DNA of 64,000 nt from Okamejei kenojei. Taxonomy: Eukaryota. This document shows, piece by piece, positions 50,710 to 64,000 of the stretch. Made by a program: the position numbers and the translations under genes. Numbering within the stretch: the first letter of the stretch is position 1; each line of letters opens with the position of its first letter. Under the pieces are notes generated by a model that saw nothing but the letters and a program-made list of their open reading frames with translations, was not told the DNA's origin and searched no databases. The stretch spans positions 62,001 to 126,000 of the forward strand of contig JAVHYY010000119.1 in the NCBI GenBank assembly GCA_035221665.1, in the 5' to 3' direction.

Positions 50710-52189
50710 GTGATGGAGGCAGATAGGACAGTTCCTTCTCTCCAGAGATGCTGCCTGCCCCGCTGTTTACTCCAGCATTTTGCATTTGATCTCCAAGAAA
50801 CATAGAAAAGCAGGTGGAGGATTAGGCCATTTGGCCCTTCAAGCCAGCACCGCCATTCAATATGATCATGGCTGATCTACTAAAATTACTACCCCCCTTC
50901 ATGCTTTTTCCCCATATCCCTTGATTCATTTAGCCCTAAGCGCTAAATCTAACTCTCTCTTGAAAAAAATCCAGTGAATATGCCAACTCCGGCCAACATG
51001 ATCCAGCTCCACTAGTCCCACCTGCCTGCGTTTGGTCCATATCCCTCCAAACCTACCTGTCTATCTGTTTCGTAAATGCTGGGATAGTCCCTGCCTCAAC
51101 TACCTCATCAGGCAGCACGTTTCATACACTCACCACCCTCTGTGTGAAAAAGTTACCACTCAGATTCCTATTAAAACTTTTCCCCATCACCTTAAACCTA
51201 TATCCTCTGGTGTTCGATTCCCCTGCTGGGCAAGAGACTCTGCATCTACCCGATCAAATCCTCTCATGATTTTATACACCACTATAAGACCACATTACAG
51301 TTTAGTTTATTGTCATGTGTACCGAGGTACAGTGAAAAGCTTTGGTTGAGAGCTAACCAGTACGTGAAAAGAGCATACATGACTGGAAGGGCTGAGAGGG
51401 CCTGTTTCCGTGCTGTAATTGTTATATGGTTATATGGTTATATGGTTATTACAATCAAACTGTTTTTGACATGTTTAGACACATAGTAAGGGAATAATGT
51501 TTAGTGCAAGGTAAAGCCAGCAAAGTCCAGTCAAAGATGAGGTAGATAGTTCAGCACTGCTCTCTGGTTGTAGTAGGATGGTTCAAGGTGTATCTGTGGT
51601 TAGTTTAGTTCAGTTTAGTTTATTGTAACGTGTACCGAGGTACAGTGAAGAGCTTTTGTTGCCTGTAACCGCCAAAAAAATTGCAGAAAGTTGTGGACGC
51701 AGCCCAGACCATCACACAAACCAACCTCCCTACCATCGACTCCATCTACACCTCACGCTGCCTCGACAAGGCCAGCAGCATAATCAAGGACCTGTCTCAC
51801 CCCAGCCACTCCCTCTTCTCCCCTCTCCCATCGGGCAAAAGGTACAGGTGTGAAAACGAACGCACACCTCCAGATTCAGGGACAGTTTCTTCCCAGCTGT
51901 TATCAGGCAACTGAAAGCATCCTACCACAACTAGAGAGCAGTCCCGAACTACTATCTACCTCATTGGAGACCCTCGAACTATCTTTGATTGGACTTTGCT
52001 GGCTTTAACTTGCATTAAATGTTATTCCCTTGGCATGTATCTGTACACTGTGGATGGCTCGATTGTAATCATGTATTGCCTTTACGCTGACTGGATAGCA
52101 CGCAACAAAAGCTTCTCACCGTACCTCGGTACACGTGACAATAAACTAAACTGTATAAACTGAATACACACCTCCGGTTTTTCTTACAG

Positions 52190-52286
52190 GTAAGAGCTTC
52201 AATATTTGGATCGCAGTTTTGCTTACAGCAGGGATAATACTGATCGCTGTGCTAGCTGGATTCTTCATCTACAAGTTTATACAACG
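52190..52286 (+). CDS. Siglec-like gene, transmembrane exon
   Basis: ttcttacag|...CG|gtaagt, 97 nt, phase 1/2. KSFNIWIAVLLTAGIILIAVLAGFFIYKFIQR has no charged residue within the TM core. Confidence 0.9.
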
Positions 52287-53675
52287 GTAAGTGTAAACAA
52301 ATCCACATTTTTATTTCCAAATCCACCTCTTTGTCATCTGCTTCAAATGACTGCTTCTGCCAGGCTAACTGCTGTTCATAGACACAAACTGCTGGAGTAA
52401 CTCAGCGGGTCAGGCAGCATTTTTGTGGAGAACGTAGATAGGTACAATGCGCTGGAGTAACTCAGCGGGTCAGGCAGCGTCTATGGAGAACATGGATAGG
52501 TACAAAATGCTGGAATAACTCAGCGGTTCATGCAGCATCTCTGGGGATTAAGGAATAGGTGACATTTCAGGTTGGGACCTTCTTCAGACTGAAAGGTTGA
52601 GAAAGCCATAACAAAACAGAGCCGGCAACAGATGACCTTTGGACTATTGTGAGCTGTTTTGGGCCTCATATCTGACAAAGAATGTGCTGGCTCTGCCCAG
52701 AGGAGGTTTACGAGAATGATTGGGTTAACATCTGATGACGTTGACGGCACTGGACCTGTACTTGCTGGAGTTTAGAAGGATGAGGTGGAAGCTAATTGAA
52801 ATGTAATGAATAGTGAATGACCTGGATAGCGTGGATGTAGAGAGGATGTTTCCACTTATGAGAGAGTCTTGGACTAGAGGCCACAGCCTCAGAATTGAAG
52901 GACGTACCTTTAGGAAGGAGAAGAGGAGGCATTTCTTCAGTCAGAGGGTGGTGAATCCATGGAATTCTCTGCCACAGAAGGCTGTGGAGATCAAGTCAAT
53001 TGATATTTTTAAGGCAGATGAGATAGGTTCTTGGGTACACAAAAGGCTGGAGAAACTCAGCGGGTGCAGCAGCATCTAAGGAGCGTAGGAGATAGGTTCT
53101 TGATTGGTTCTTGATCAGTACGGTGTCAGGGTTATGGGGATAATGCAGGAGAATGGGGTTAGGAGGGAGAGATAGATCAGCCATGATTGAATGGTGGAGT
53201 AGACTTGATGGGCGGAATGGCCTAATTCTAATTCCTTGAACTTATGAAGGCTGGAGGCCACAATGGTCCATTGTTGGCTGGGGAAGGTGTGCTAAAGACA
53301 TGAATAGATGGATGCAAACAGTGGAACTAGGAGGGCGACTAGGGAGGGGAGGAGTGGGGGTGGAGAGAGGGGGGCAAGTAATGCAGGAGTTACATGAAAT
53401 TTTAAAAATCAATGGCATGGCCCCTGTTTGTAGTTCCACACAGTGTGAAAACAGACCCTTTGGCCCAACTTGCCCATATCGACCAACATGCCCCATCTAC
53501 ACTAGTCCCACCTGCCTGCGTTTGATCCATATCCCTCTAAAGCTGAGCTGCCCATGTGCCTGTCTAAATGTTTCTTAAACATACGCCCATGACTCAACTA
53601 CCTCCTCCGGCAGCTCGTTCCATACACCCACCACACCTTGTATGAAAATGTTAACCCTCAATTTCCTATTAAATC

Positions 53676-53708
<33 letters not shown>

Positions 53709-54473
53709 ACACTCACATTAAATCTCTGACCTCTGGTCCTCGATTGCCCTACTTTGGGCAAAAGGCTCTTTGCGTCTACCCGATCTATTCTTCTCATGAT
53801 TTTAAACACCACTATAAGATCACCTCTCATACTCCTGCGCTCCAAGCAATAGGGGCCTAGCCTGCTCAACCTCTCCCTGTAGTCCTGGTAACATCCATGT
53901 AAATCTTCTCTGCACCGTTTCGAGCTTGACAACAAATCCTCGATATCATGGTGCCCAGAACTGAATACAATACTCCAAATGCAGCCTCACCAGTTTAGAA
54001 CTCGTTGAAACCTACCGAATAGTGAAAGGTTTGGATAGAGTGGATGTGGAGAGGATGTTTAGACTAGTGGGAGAGTCTAGGACTAGAGGTCATCGCCTGA
54101 GAATTAAAGGACATTCCTTTACGAAGCAGATGAGAGGAATTTCTTCAGTCAGACGGTGGTCAATCTGTGGAATTCTTTGCTACAGAATGCTGTGGAGGCC
54201 AAGTCAATGGATATTGTTAAGGCAGAGATGGATAGGTTCTTGATTAGTATGGGTTAATGGAAAAGGGAAGGAGAATGGGGTTAGGAGGAAGAGTTAGAAC
54301 GGCCATGATTGAATGGCGGAGTAGTCTTGATGGGGCGAATGAATTAATTCTGCTCCTATCATTAATGACCTCATGAGCTTATCACCAATAACTAATACAA
54401 CTGCAACTTTCGATGTATACTTTGCTAATGTACAGATGTGCTGTAAACTTGGTGTGATCTCCTCTTGCTCCAG

Positions 54474-54555
54474 GAGGGAAGATGTGACAATGGAGAAGGC
54501 TTCAGGAAACCAAAACACCAATGTGACCTACTGCCCACACTCTGCCACCAATCAG
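54474..54555 (+). CDS. Siglec-like gene, cytoplasmic exon 1
   Basis: cttgctccag|...CAG|gtagtg, 82 nt, phase 2/0. Encodes REDVTMEKASGNQNTNVTYCPHSATNQ. Confidence 0.8.
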
Positions 54556-55860
54556 GTAGTGGATCTCTGCATTTAATCTCAACTACAGATGATACAAAAG
54601 TGGGCACAAAAAGCTGGAGTAGCTCAGCGGGACATGCTGCATCTCTGGAATGAAGGAACGGTGATGTTTTGCATCGAGTCCGTTCCTCGGACTCAAAGTC
54701 ACGGGAAAGGGAAACGAGAGCTTGAAACGGTTCAGAAAAGATTTACAAGGATGTTGCCAGGACTCGAGGGGCAGCGAGAGGTTGAGCATGCTGAGTCTCT
54801 ATTCCTTGGAGCGCAGGGATATGAGAGGTGATCTTATAGAGGTGTATAAAATCATGAGAGGAATAGATTGGGTAGATGCACAGAGTCTCTTGCCCAAAGT
54901 AGGGAAATCGAGGACCAGAGGACATAGGTTCAAGGTGAAGGGGAAAACACCTGAGGCGTAACCTTTTCACACAACGGGTGGTGGGTGTAGGGAACGAGCT
55001 ACCAGAGGAGGTAGTTGACGCTGAGACTAACCCAAAATTGAAGAAACGGTTATATAGGTACATGGACAGGACAAGTTAGGAGGAATATGGACCAAGTACA
55101 GGCAGGTGGCACTCGTGTAGATGGGGCATGTTGGCCAGTGTGGGCAAGTTGGGCCGACGGGCTCGTTTCCACACTGTATCACTCAATGGCTTGATGTAGA
55201 TGATGATGTAGAGATGTACAGAACAATGAATGAAAGATATGCAAATAAAAATAACGATGATAAAGGAAGCAGGCCGCTGTTAACGGTTTGTTAGTTTAAG
55301 TGAGGTAAATCAATGTTCATATCACTGGACTGTAAGCTGCCCAAGCGAAATATGAGATGCTGTTCCTCCAATTTGCGTTTAGCCTCACTCTAACAGTGGA
55401 GGAGACCGAGGACAGAAAGGTCAGCGTGGGAATGGGAAGCAGAATTAGTGTTCAGCAACCGGGGTATGAAGATTGATTTATCTAACTGCGTTAGAGTGTG
55501 GGAGAGAGAAGTGAGAGAGAGAGTGGGTGTGGGTTTGAAAAAAGTTTGAGAGAGAGGGAGACAGTGCGAGAGAGAGAGAGAGAGAGAGAGAGTATGTGAA
55601 ACTGTGCGAGTGTGAGACAGAGTACGTGATTGAGAGAGGGGGAGAGAGCAAGAGAGGAGAGGGGGAGAGTGAGAGCGAGTGTGTGAGTGAATGAGAGAGA
55701 GAGAGTGAGATAGTGTGAGAGTGTGTGAGTGAGAGTGTGTGAGAGGAGAACATAAACAACATGGCTGAACCTGGGTCTGTGGGAGTTTAAATGCCGGGCC
55801 ACACTGTGCACTGCTCTGTACTGAACCCACGACTGCCCGTCTGCTTCCCTTTCCTTCCAG

Positions 55861-56052
55861 AGCGCGGGGAGTGGAGAGGACGGGCCGGCCCCAGAGGAGC
55901 TGAAAGGAGGAGGGGAATCGGGAGAGGGGGAAGAGCAAGCGGTCGTGTACGCCAGCCTGCGGGAGCTGCCGAGCTGCGGAGACACCGGGCACAGTGGCGA
56001 GGGGGTGGAATACGCTGAGCTCTGGTTCCAGTCCAAGCAGCGGATGGGGTAG
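55861..56052 (+). CDS. Siglec-like gene, terminal exon with two ITIMs
   Basis: ttccttccag|AGC..., phase 0. SAGSGEDGPAPEELKGGGESGEGEEQAVVYASLRELPSCGDTGHSGEGVEYAELWFQSKQRMG*, with ITIMs VVYASL and VEYAEL. Confidence 0.9.
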   Translation, partial: SAGSGEDGPAPEELKGGGESGEGEEQAVVYASLRELPSCGDTGHSGEGVEYAELWFQSKQRMG

Positions 56053-57039
56053 GAGGGAGGGAGGGGCGGAGGGGGGAGCGCCGTGCTGTGGGAGGAGCGG
56101 TGAGGAGGGAGAGGCGATGGGGAGGGAGCGCTGCTCCAGCCTTAACTACCTAGGGTTTCATAGATTAATTAACCCTCTGTAGATGATATAGTCGGGTAAC
56201 ATAGTGTGTGATCAATGGTCGTCGCAGACAAGGTGGGCCGAATCTACGCCGAATGGGCCGAATAAATAGGTTTCCGTGCTGTATCTCTTTAAAAAAGCCT
56301 TTGTTTCATTAGAACCCAGACTGTGACGCGGATAACTATTGACTTTGACAATAATTGCTTCTATTGACACTGGTCAAATGATAGTCTGTTAAACATAGTC
56401 TTTACCTGCAGTTACAATATGGACTCGTAGCTATTAAATGGAGACCTTTATGTCTTGAAAATCCTGTGGGATTTTTGCTAATGCTATTCTGAAACTCTGT
56501 AACCCCCTTTTCTCTTGTAGCGCCATGTTCTATAACAAGTTTCACAGCAAGCAGCTCTGTGTGACATATTAATAATACTGAAATGCAGACGCTGGAAATC
56601 TGGCAAAGGCGGCACGGTGGCGGTAGAGTTGCTGCCTCACAGCGCCAGAGACCCGGATTCGATCATGACTGCTGCCTGTACGGAGTTTGTAGGTTCTCCC
56701 CGTGACCTGCGTGGGTTTGTAGGTTAATTGGCTTGCTGTAAATGTAAATTGTCCCTGGTGTGTGTAGTGTGCGGGGATCACTGGTCGGCGCTGACTCGGT
56801 GGGCAGAAGGTCCTGTTTCCGCGTTGTGTATCTAAACTACACTAAACTAAAACGAATCAGTCATGGTCATCGAATAGTGGAGCAGGTGCAAGATTAATCC
56901 TGATACTATTTTTATATCATTACATGTTTTCTGCAGAGCATTTGGATTTGTTGCATTTGTAAACAAGGAGATTAAAATGCTGAACCATTACAGTCACGTC
57001 TCAGAATTATGTTTTAAACATCTCCTTTAATTGATTTTT

Positions 57040-57565
57040 GGTGTCCTAATTTGAGGAAGGACATTCTTGCTATTGACGGAGTGCAGCGTAGGTTCACCAG
57101 ATTAATTCCCGGGATGGCGGGACTGACAAATGATGAAATAATGTATCGACTGGGCATGTATTCACTGGAATTTAGAAGGATGAGAGGGGATCTTATAAAA
57201 CATATAAAATCATTAAGGGATTGGAAAGGCTAGATGCAAGAAAACTGTTCCCGATGTTGGGGGGAGTCCGGAACCAGGGGTCACAATTCAGGAATAAGGG
57301 GTAGGTTATTTGGGACTCAAATGAAGAAAACCGATTTCACCCAGAGAGTTGTGAATCTGGGAATTATCTGCCACAGAAGGCAGTGGAGGCCAATTCACTT
57401 GATGTTTTCAAAAGATAGGTTTAGCTCTTTAGGTTAACAAAATTAAGGGATATGGGGAGAAAGCAGGAACGGGGTACTGATTTTGGATGATCAGCCGTGA
57501 TCATATTGAATGGCGGTGCTGGCTCGAAGGGCCAAATAGCCTACTCCTGCACCTATTTTCTATGT
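57040..57565 (+). mobile_element. CR1 LINE 3' fragment
   Basis: RKDILAIDGVQRRFTRLIPGM...LEFRRMRGDL plus the typical 3' UTR. Confidence 0.85.
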
Positions 57566-57931
57566 TTCCGCGCTGTATCTCTAAACTAAACTAAAACCTT
57601 CCTATTACATTCCCGTCTGATATCTTGTAAAAGTAACGATTGTGTCCTTTCTAAAGCTTCCTTTTTTCAAAATTTCAAAACATACTTTATTTGAGAAATA
57701 AATATATCCAATACATGATCCTTACAAGACTCCATCCAACATTCTCGGAGTCTATACATACATTCAATAATGTTTACACAAATTACACAAATGTATCCCC
57801 ACCCTTGCCACTCATGTGGCCCACTGGCATGGAATCCCTTCCCTTATTTTTGAGGGGTGTCTCCACCACACCCTGCCCCCCATGTCCAGCAGCGGAAGGA
57901 CCCTAGACTGTGGTCCTCTCCCACCGAGCCT

Positions 57932-58581
57932 TTCTTAAATTATCAAAAAATGTAATCAATTATTAAAAATAATATTTACAATACAACAAAACAAACCAGA
58001 ACCCACCACCATAATACAAGACAAACAAATATACTAAATAAACGACTATACAACTATGTTACTATCCTTGTCAAGGATGCATTCAACCCCCCGCGGTGCC
58101 CAGTGGTCCCGGAAATCCCCCAGGGTGCCCGTGGACAGCGCGTAGTCCCTCTCTAACACCACCCCGGGCAAGAACGCAACCACGGATAAGGGGCAGGCAG
58201 CTGGCTCGGGCAGAGCCCTCTTCCGCCTGACACTCTCACTGCAGCTTGGCCTGGCCCAGGAGCAACTCAACCAGGACATCTTCGGCCCTATCCTCTTCCT
58301 TACGGACAGGGTGTCCAAAGATGAAGATGGTGGGTGAGAAATGCAGCCAGAAGGCAAGGAGCAGCCCCTTTAGATTTTGGAACAGACTGCAGTCTCACAC
58401 ACTCCATATATACATGGCTCGCAGCCCGCAAAAGTGGCAGGCGGCTGGCGAGACTAAACCGCGAGAGAAACAAGTTGCAGAGGACTCCTCAGTGCAATAC
58501 CCTCCATCCCAGCTCCCCGATGTAGAGGGGGAGAATCACTGCGTAGAGGGACCACCACCCCCCCCCCCCTCCCTCCCCCCC
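57932..58581 (-). mobile_element. Second Tx1-type 3' fragment nested at the end of ORF2 of the first
   Basis: It has a distinct ORF2 C-terminus (LLLAFWLHFSPTIFIFGHPV...HWAPRGVEC) and its own AT-rich tail. CCCACCGAGCCT is duplicated on both sides (about 57920-57931 and 58582-58593). Confidence 0.75.
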
Positions 58582-61500
58582 CCCACCGAGCCTTGGTGTT
58601 GGCTGCACCAGGCTTCAGTGCGTCCCTCAGCACGTACTCCTGCAGTCTGCAGCGGGCCAGTCGGCAACATCCCCAACGGACATCTCGCTTCCGCTGGGAG
58701 GTCAACAAAGCTCGGGCAGACCAAAGAGCGTCTTTCACCATCTTTCACCGAGTTGATGACCTTCCAGCAGCACTCGATGTCAGTCTCCGAATGCCTCCCT
58801 GGGCACAGTCCGTAAATCACAGAATCCTCTGTGACGGAGCTGTTTGGAATAAACCGTGACAGGGACCCTTGCAGACCTCTCCAGGCTCTCTTTGTAAATC
58901 CACACTCTGCAAAGAGGTGGGCAACCATCTCCTGTCCAAAGCAGCCGTCCTGCGGGCAGCGTGCGCTGGTAGTGAGGTTCCGACGGTGCAGGAAGGATCT
59001 GACTGGGAGGGCTCCCCTCACCGCTAGCCAAGTCAGGTCATGGTGTTTGTTGGTGAATTGTGGCAATGAAGCACTTCGCCAGACAGACTGGGCAGTCTGT
59101 TCCGGGAACCACGCCACAGGATCCATGGAGGCATTTCCCTGCAGTGCCTGCAGGACGTTCCGCGCTGACCACTGCCCGATGGACTTGTGGTCAAAGGTGT
59201 TGGTCCGGAAGAACCTTTCCACGAACGATAGATGTCCAGCTGACTGGCACATTGCGTGGCATCTGCGCCAGGCCCATCCTTCGCAACACCCGGGACAGGT
59301 AGATCCTCAGCAGGTAGTGACACTTGGTACCCACGTGCCTTGGCTCTACGCTCCGGCTCTACGCTCCGCCTGATGCAGCCTCACACGAAGGTGGCCATCA
59401 GAATGAGGGCAACGTTGGGCACACTTTTACTCCCATTGTCTGCCGACTTGTGCATTGTGGCCCTTCGCACCCAGTCCATCCTCGACCCCCAGATGAACTG
59501 GAATTTGGTCCGGGTGATCCCTGTGGCGTAAGAGGGAGGGACAGGCCACACTTGCTCCACGTACAGCAGGCCCCAGAGCACCTCACACCTGATGACCACG
59601 TTATTTCCGTTATAGAGAGGGAGCACAGCATCCACAGCTCCAGTTTCTTCCCCACCTTGGCTATCCATCCAGCCAATTATTGTCACATGCCTTAGCCCCT
59701 CCGAACCAGATCCCCAGCACTCTCAAGATGTTAGGCTTGATGGTGCAGGGGACGGAAGATTGGTCGGGCCAGTTGCCAAAGAGCAAGGCCTCGCTCTTCC
59801 TGCGGTTCACCCTGGCTTCCGTGGCCGACTCAAACTGGTCGCAGACGCTAATCAGACTGCGAACCGACCCTGGATCCGAGCAGAAGGCAGCGACATCATC
59901 CATGCACAGGGAGGTTTTGACCCGAGCGCCCCCACTGCCTGGCAATGTCACTCCTCTTATGCTCGTGTCCTTCCTGATGGACTCGGCAAATGGTTCAATG
60001 CAGCAGACGAACAAGACAGAGAGAGGGCAACCCTGCCTGACTCCAGACCTGAAGGGGAAGCTGTCTGATTCCCACCCATTGATTTGGACTGCACTACAGA
60101 TATCAGTGCAGAGCAGTTGGATCCAATTCCTGATTCTCTCCCCAAAGCCCATTTTGGAGAGCAAGTCTCTCATGTACGTGTGTGATATCCTGTCAAAGGC
60201 CTTCTCCTGGTCCAAGCTGACTAAGCAGGCATCCACCCGTCTGTCCTGCACGTAGGCAATGGTATCTCTCAGCAGCACTAGGCCGTCTGATATTTTTCTG
60301 CCAGGTACAGCACAGATTATGTCCGGGTGGATCACCCGTCCCTGAGCAGACTTAACCCGGTTGGCGATGGCCTTAGACAGGATCTTGTAATTAACATTCA
60401 ACAATGTGATGGGTTTCCAATTCCTTATATCCTTCATCTCCCCCTTCTGCTTGTAGATTAGGGTGATGCTGCCCTTCCTCATAGAGTCTCACATGCTGCC
60501 TGCTAGAAGGATGTAATTGTACACTTCCAGCAGGTCCGGGCCCACACAGTCCGACAGAGCCGAATACAACTCGGCCGGTAAGCCGTCGCTACTAGGAGTT
60601 TTAGGGTCAGTAGTTGGTCCGGACTCACCCGCTTGTTGTACTCCAAGACCTCTGTGATAGAGGACATTAATTCAGGGAGGTGGTGCTGTCTATGGCCTTT
60701 CTGTCGTACACATCTGTATAAAAGGATGTGCAGATCCTTAGCATGTCCATCTGCAAGGATGTTACCGAGCCGTCCTCCTCCAAAAGGCTGTTGATCACAG
60801 AGTTCCCCCTGTGAACTTAATGGAAGAAGAAGCATGAGTACGTCTCATCCTGCTCCACGTGTCGGACCCTGGATCGGAAGATGATCTTGGTGGATTTGGC
60901 GGTAAAGAGCCAAGTTTGCCGGCCCTTCAACTATCAAAGTTCCTCCCTCACATCCACCCCTCTCGACTGCAGAAGGAGCAGTTGCTACAAATCTGTCTGG
61001 AGTTGACACAATTCCCTCTGGCTCTGTCTTGCTCTCTGAACACCTTTAAATATGAAGAACCTCTTGATGTTCTCCTTGGTTGCTTCCCACCAGTGTGTCG
61101 GGGAGTCAAAGGGGCCTCACCCTTCTCCAACATGCGTAGTCCCTCTTTAGCTCCTCAATGTTCTCTGGTGTCAACAGCTTCGCATTTAACTTCCACGTCC
61201 CTGTGCCTGCCTTCCAGTACTCCTGTAGGTGACAGGAAGCCTGAAGGAGGCACTGGTCAGAGAAGAACACCGGCGTGAGATTGGTGTGTCTGACCGTGAC
61301 GGCCTTTGACGTGAGGATGTCTATCTGAGACCGTCCGATCTCGACCAGCGGCGGGAGTTGCTGGAGAACGGCGTGTCGCTCGCTCCGCATGGGTGAGGCG
61401 TACACATTAATCAGCCGGAGCGGAGAGCCACTGTACATTACATCCATCACCAGGTGACGCCCCCTCCTCCCAACCACCTCCCTGACCTCAGTGATGGCGA

Positions 61501-61959
61501 AGCTCCCTCCTGCAGTAAAATCCCCAGACCGGAAGCGCGACAGTCAATGCCCACCGACAGTCCGTGGGGCCACCATCGCGACCATCTCCGATAGCTGCGG
61601 AGGTCTGGCAGCCCGTACTCCCGCAGAAAAGTCACATCTGCCTCGACCTTGGCCAGGTACTGCTAGGTGTTTACACATCGCACAGTGTTCGTCACACTGC
61701 GCACATTTAACAATGCCAGTTTTAGCTCCATTGTCCTTAAAAAGTCGCATAAAAGGTTATCTTGTCCTCTAATGCCCACTGCTTTGGTGAATTGCAGCAT
61801 CGCTTCGGTGCTCAGGTACTGCGTGCTGGCATCCTCAATGAAGGGGGTCTGCTCTGGCGTAGCTGGAGTTGTTGTCGGAGGGATCCTCCTTGTTCCACCC
61901 TCTTCTGGGCGCACCGACCCCTCCGTCTCCTGTACCTGGGATACGGTGGCTGGTTCATT

Positions 61960-62208
61960 GCTCCCGGTCTCCCAGAGCTGGGGCCCATTGGCTGCTGCAC
62001 TGCTCCCGGTCTCCCGGAGCTGGGGCCCATTGGCCACTGCACTGCACTGCTCCCGGTCTCCCGGAGATGGGGCCCATTGGCCGCTGCACTGCTCCCGGTC
62101 TCCCGGCACTGGGGCCCATTGGCCGCTGCACTGCTCCCGGTCTCCCGGAGCTGGGGCCCATTGGCCGCTGCACTCCACTGCTCCCGGTCTCCCGGAGCTG
62201 GGGCCCAA
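61960..62208 (-). repeat. 42-bp minisatellite (about 6 copies) in Tx1 ORF1
   Basis: Unit CTGCTCCCGGTCTCCCGGAGCTGGGGCCCATTGGCCGCTGCA. Confidence 0.92.
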
Positions 62209-62520
62209 CATGCGTGTCCTTTCCCTTTCAGATCTCCTCAGCCGTTTTCTTCCTCTGCCTCCGTCGTCGGGTCTTCGATGTCACCTCATCCTCCGACAAG
62301 GAGAGGCTGCTGGCGTCGGTCTGGAAGAGGATTCTTTTCTTGGACTTTCCCGTTTCCCCCGGCCTTGGCTCTTTGGGCAGAGCCCTCTGGTGTTTCTTGT
62401 TTTTCACTTCCTGCCATGCCTTCTCTTGTTCCCCCTCTTCCGTCGATACTACTTCCTGGACAGTTGGCTGGGGGTCTCTGTCCGGCGGTTGGGGGCTGGA
62501 GGTGGTCGGGCTGTCCTCAT

Positions 62521-63268
62521 ATAACCATATAACCGTATAACAATTACAGCATGGAAACAGGCCCTCTCGGCCCTTCCAGTCCGTGACGACCATTTATTTT
62601 CCCCTAGTCCCATCTACCTGCACTCATACCATACCCCTCCATTCCCTTCCCGTCCATATACCTATCCACTTTACTTTTAAATGTTAAAATCGATCCTGCC
62701 TCCACCACTTCTGCTGGAAACTCATTCCACACAGCCACCACTCTCTGAGTAAAGAAGTTCCCCCTCATGTTACCCCTAAACTTCTGTCCCTTAATTCTCA
62801 TGTCATGCCCTATTGTTAGAATCTTCCCTACCCTCAATGGGAAAAGCTTATCCACGTCAACTCTGTCTATCCCTTTCATCATTTTAAAGACCTCAATCAA
62901 GTCCCCCCTTAACCTTCTGCGCTCCAAAGAATAAAGACCTAACTTGTTCAACCTTTCTCTGTAACATAGTTGCTGGAACCCAGGCAACATTCTAGTAAAT
63001 CTCCTCTGTACTCTCTCTATTTTGTTGACATCCTTCCTATAATTAGGCGAGCAAAATTGTACACCATACTCCAGAATTGGTCTTACCAATGTCTTGTACA
63101 ATGTTAACATTACTTCCCTACTCCTAAATTCAATGCTCTGATTTATAAAGGCCAGCATACCAAAAGCTTTCTTTACCACCCTATCTACATGCGATTCCAC
63201 CTTCAGGGAACTATGCACAGTTATTCCTAGATCCCCCTGTTCCACAGCATTCCTCAATTCCCTACCAT
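62521..63268 (-). mobile_element. Young CR1 LINE 3' fragment inserted in Tx1 ORF1
   Basis: Open frame NGRELRNAVEQGDLG...YKTLVRPILEY...NFFTQRVV with a (TTATATGG)n tail. Confidence 0.9.
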
Positions 63269-64000
63269 TCTTTCTTTCTGCCGGGATAATGGAAATGGTT
63301 GGAAGCATCTCGCCCACCCTGGGGGTGCTGGCAACAGCCACTCTTATTGCCTGTGTGTGTAGGTGCAGGCACCTTTAGGGCCTGCCTCCCCGCACAGGTT
63401 GCAGGTTTACAAGAATGATTCCAGGAATGTGTGGGTTAGCATATGATGAGCGTTTGACAGCACTGGGCCTGTACTCGCTGGTGTTTAGGAAGATTGAGGG
63501 GGGACCTCGTTTAACTGTACAGAATAGTGAAAGGCCTGCATAGAGTGGATGTGGAGAGGATGTTTCCACTGATGGGAGAGTCTAGGACCAGAGATCATAG
63601 CCTCAGAATTAAAGGGCGCACTTTTCGAAAGGAGGCGAGGAACAATTTCTTTAGTCAGAGGGAGGTGAAACTGGCATTATTTGCGGCAGAGGGCAAGTCG
63701 GTGGATATTTTTAAGGCAGGCATGGACAAATTCTTGATTAGACGGGTGTTAAGGGTTATGGGGAGGAGGCAGGAAAATGGGATTCGAAGGCCGAGATCAG
63801 CCATGATTGAATGGGGGAATAGGCTCGATGGGCCGAATGGCCTAATCCTACTATAACTTGTGAACTTGCAACTCCATCTAAACTTCACGCTGCCTCGGGA
63901 AATTACCAACATAATCTAGGACCGCTTACACCACAGCCATTGCCTCTTCCCCCATCTCCCATCGGGAGGCGTGGTGGGGCAGTGGTAGAGCTGCTGCAAT

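Larger units (their letters stand above)
57662..63405 (-). mobile_element. Decayed L1-clade Tx1-type retrotransposon (ORF1 3' part plus ORF2)
   Basis: Zinc-knuckle remnant CNLCGEAG (about 63400), APE remnants (LRLINVYA, FFSDQC, WKLN), RT (NWKPITLLN..KI...LDQEKAFDRISH...GVRQGCPLS...MDDV), C-terminal Cys-rich region, and AATAAA plus an A-rich tail at about 57662-57692. Frameshifts and deletions are present. Confidence 0.9.

Noticed and set aside
61667-62540. Long plus-strand ORFs (223-285 aa)
   Set aside because: They are antisense to Tx1 ORF1 and kept open by the 42-bp minisatellite.

Overview
Repeat-dense vertebrate genomic DNA, most likely an elasmobranch (skate/ray), judged from HE1-like V-SINEs, CR1/HER1-type LINEs, Penelope, Rex1, Vingi, HERO, Tx1 and DIRS elements. 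There are three assembly gaps. Two host loci are recognisable. (1) At 3.7-12.3 kb there is a head-to-head inverted duplication. A CpG-island spacer carries outward-facing TATA boxes and MYB/E2F/E-box/NRF1-like motifs, and each arm holds a PRDM9-type (ancestral) KRAB exon. The left arm can be spliced into a 52-aa KRAB-only ORF. The right arm lacks the ATG exon, is frameshifted and carries transposon insertions. (2) At 40.1-56.1 kb (+) there is a complete multi-exon Siglec-like receptor that I assembled by hand: leader, V-set with the essential Arg, 3 C2-type Ig domains, TM, and a tail with two ITIMs (about 545 aa). Between the two loci lies a structurally complete but decayed DIRS retrotransposon nested inside an older DIRS. 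The window ends in a decayed L1-Tx1 element that contains nested insertions. All family assignments come from motif recognition, not database searches.
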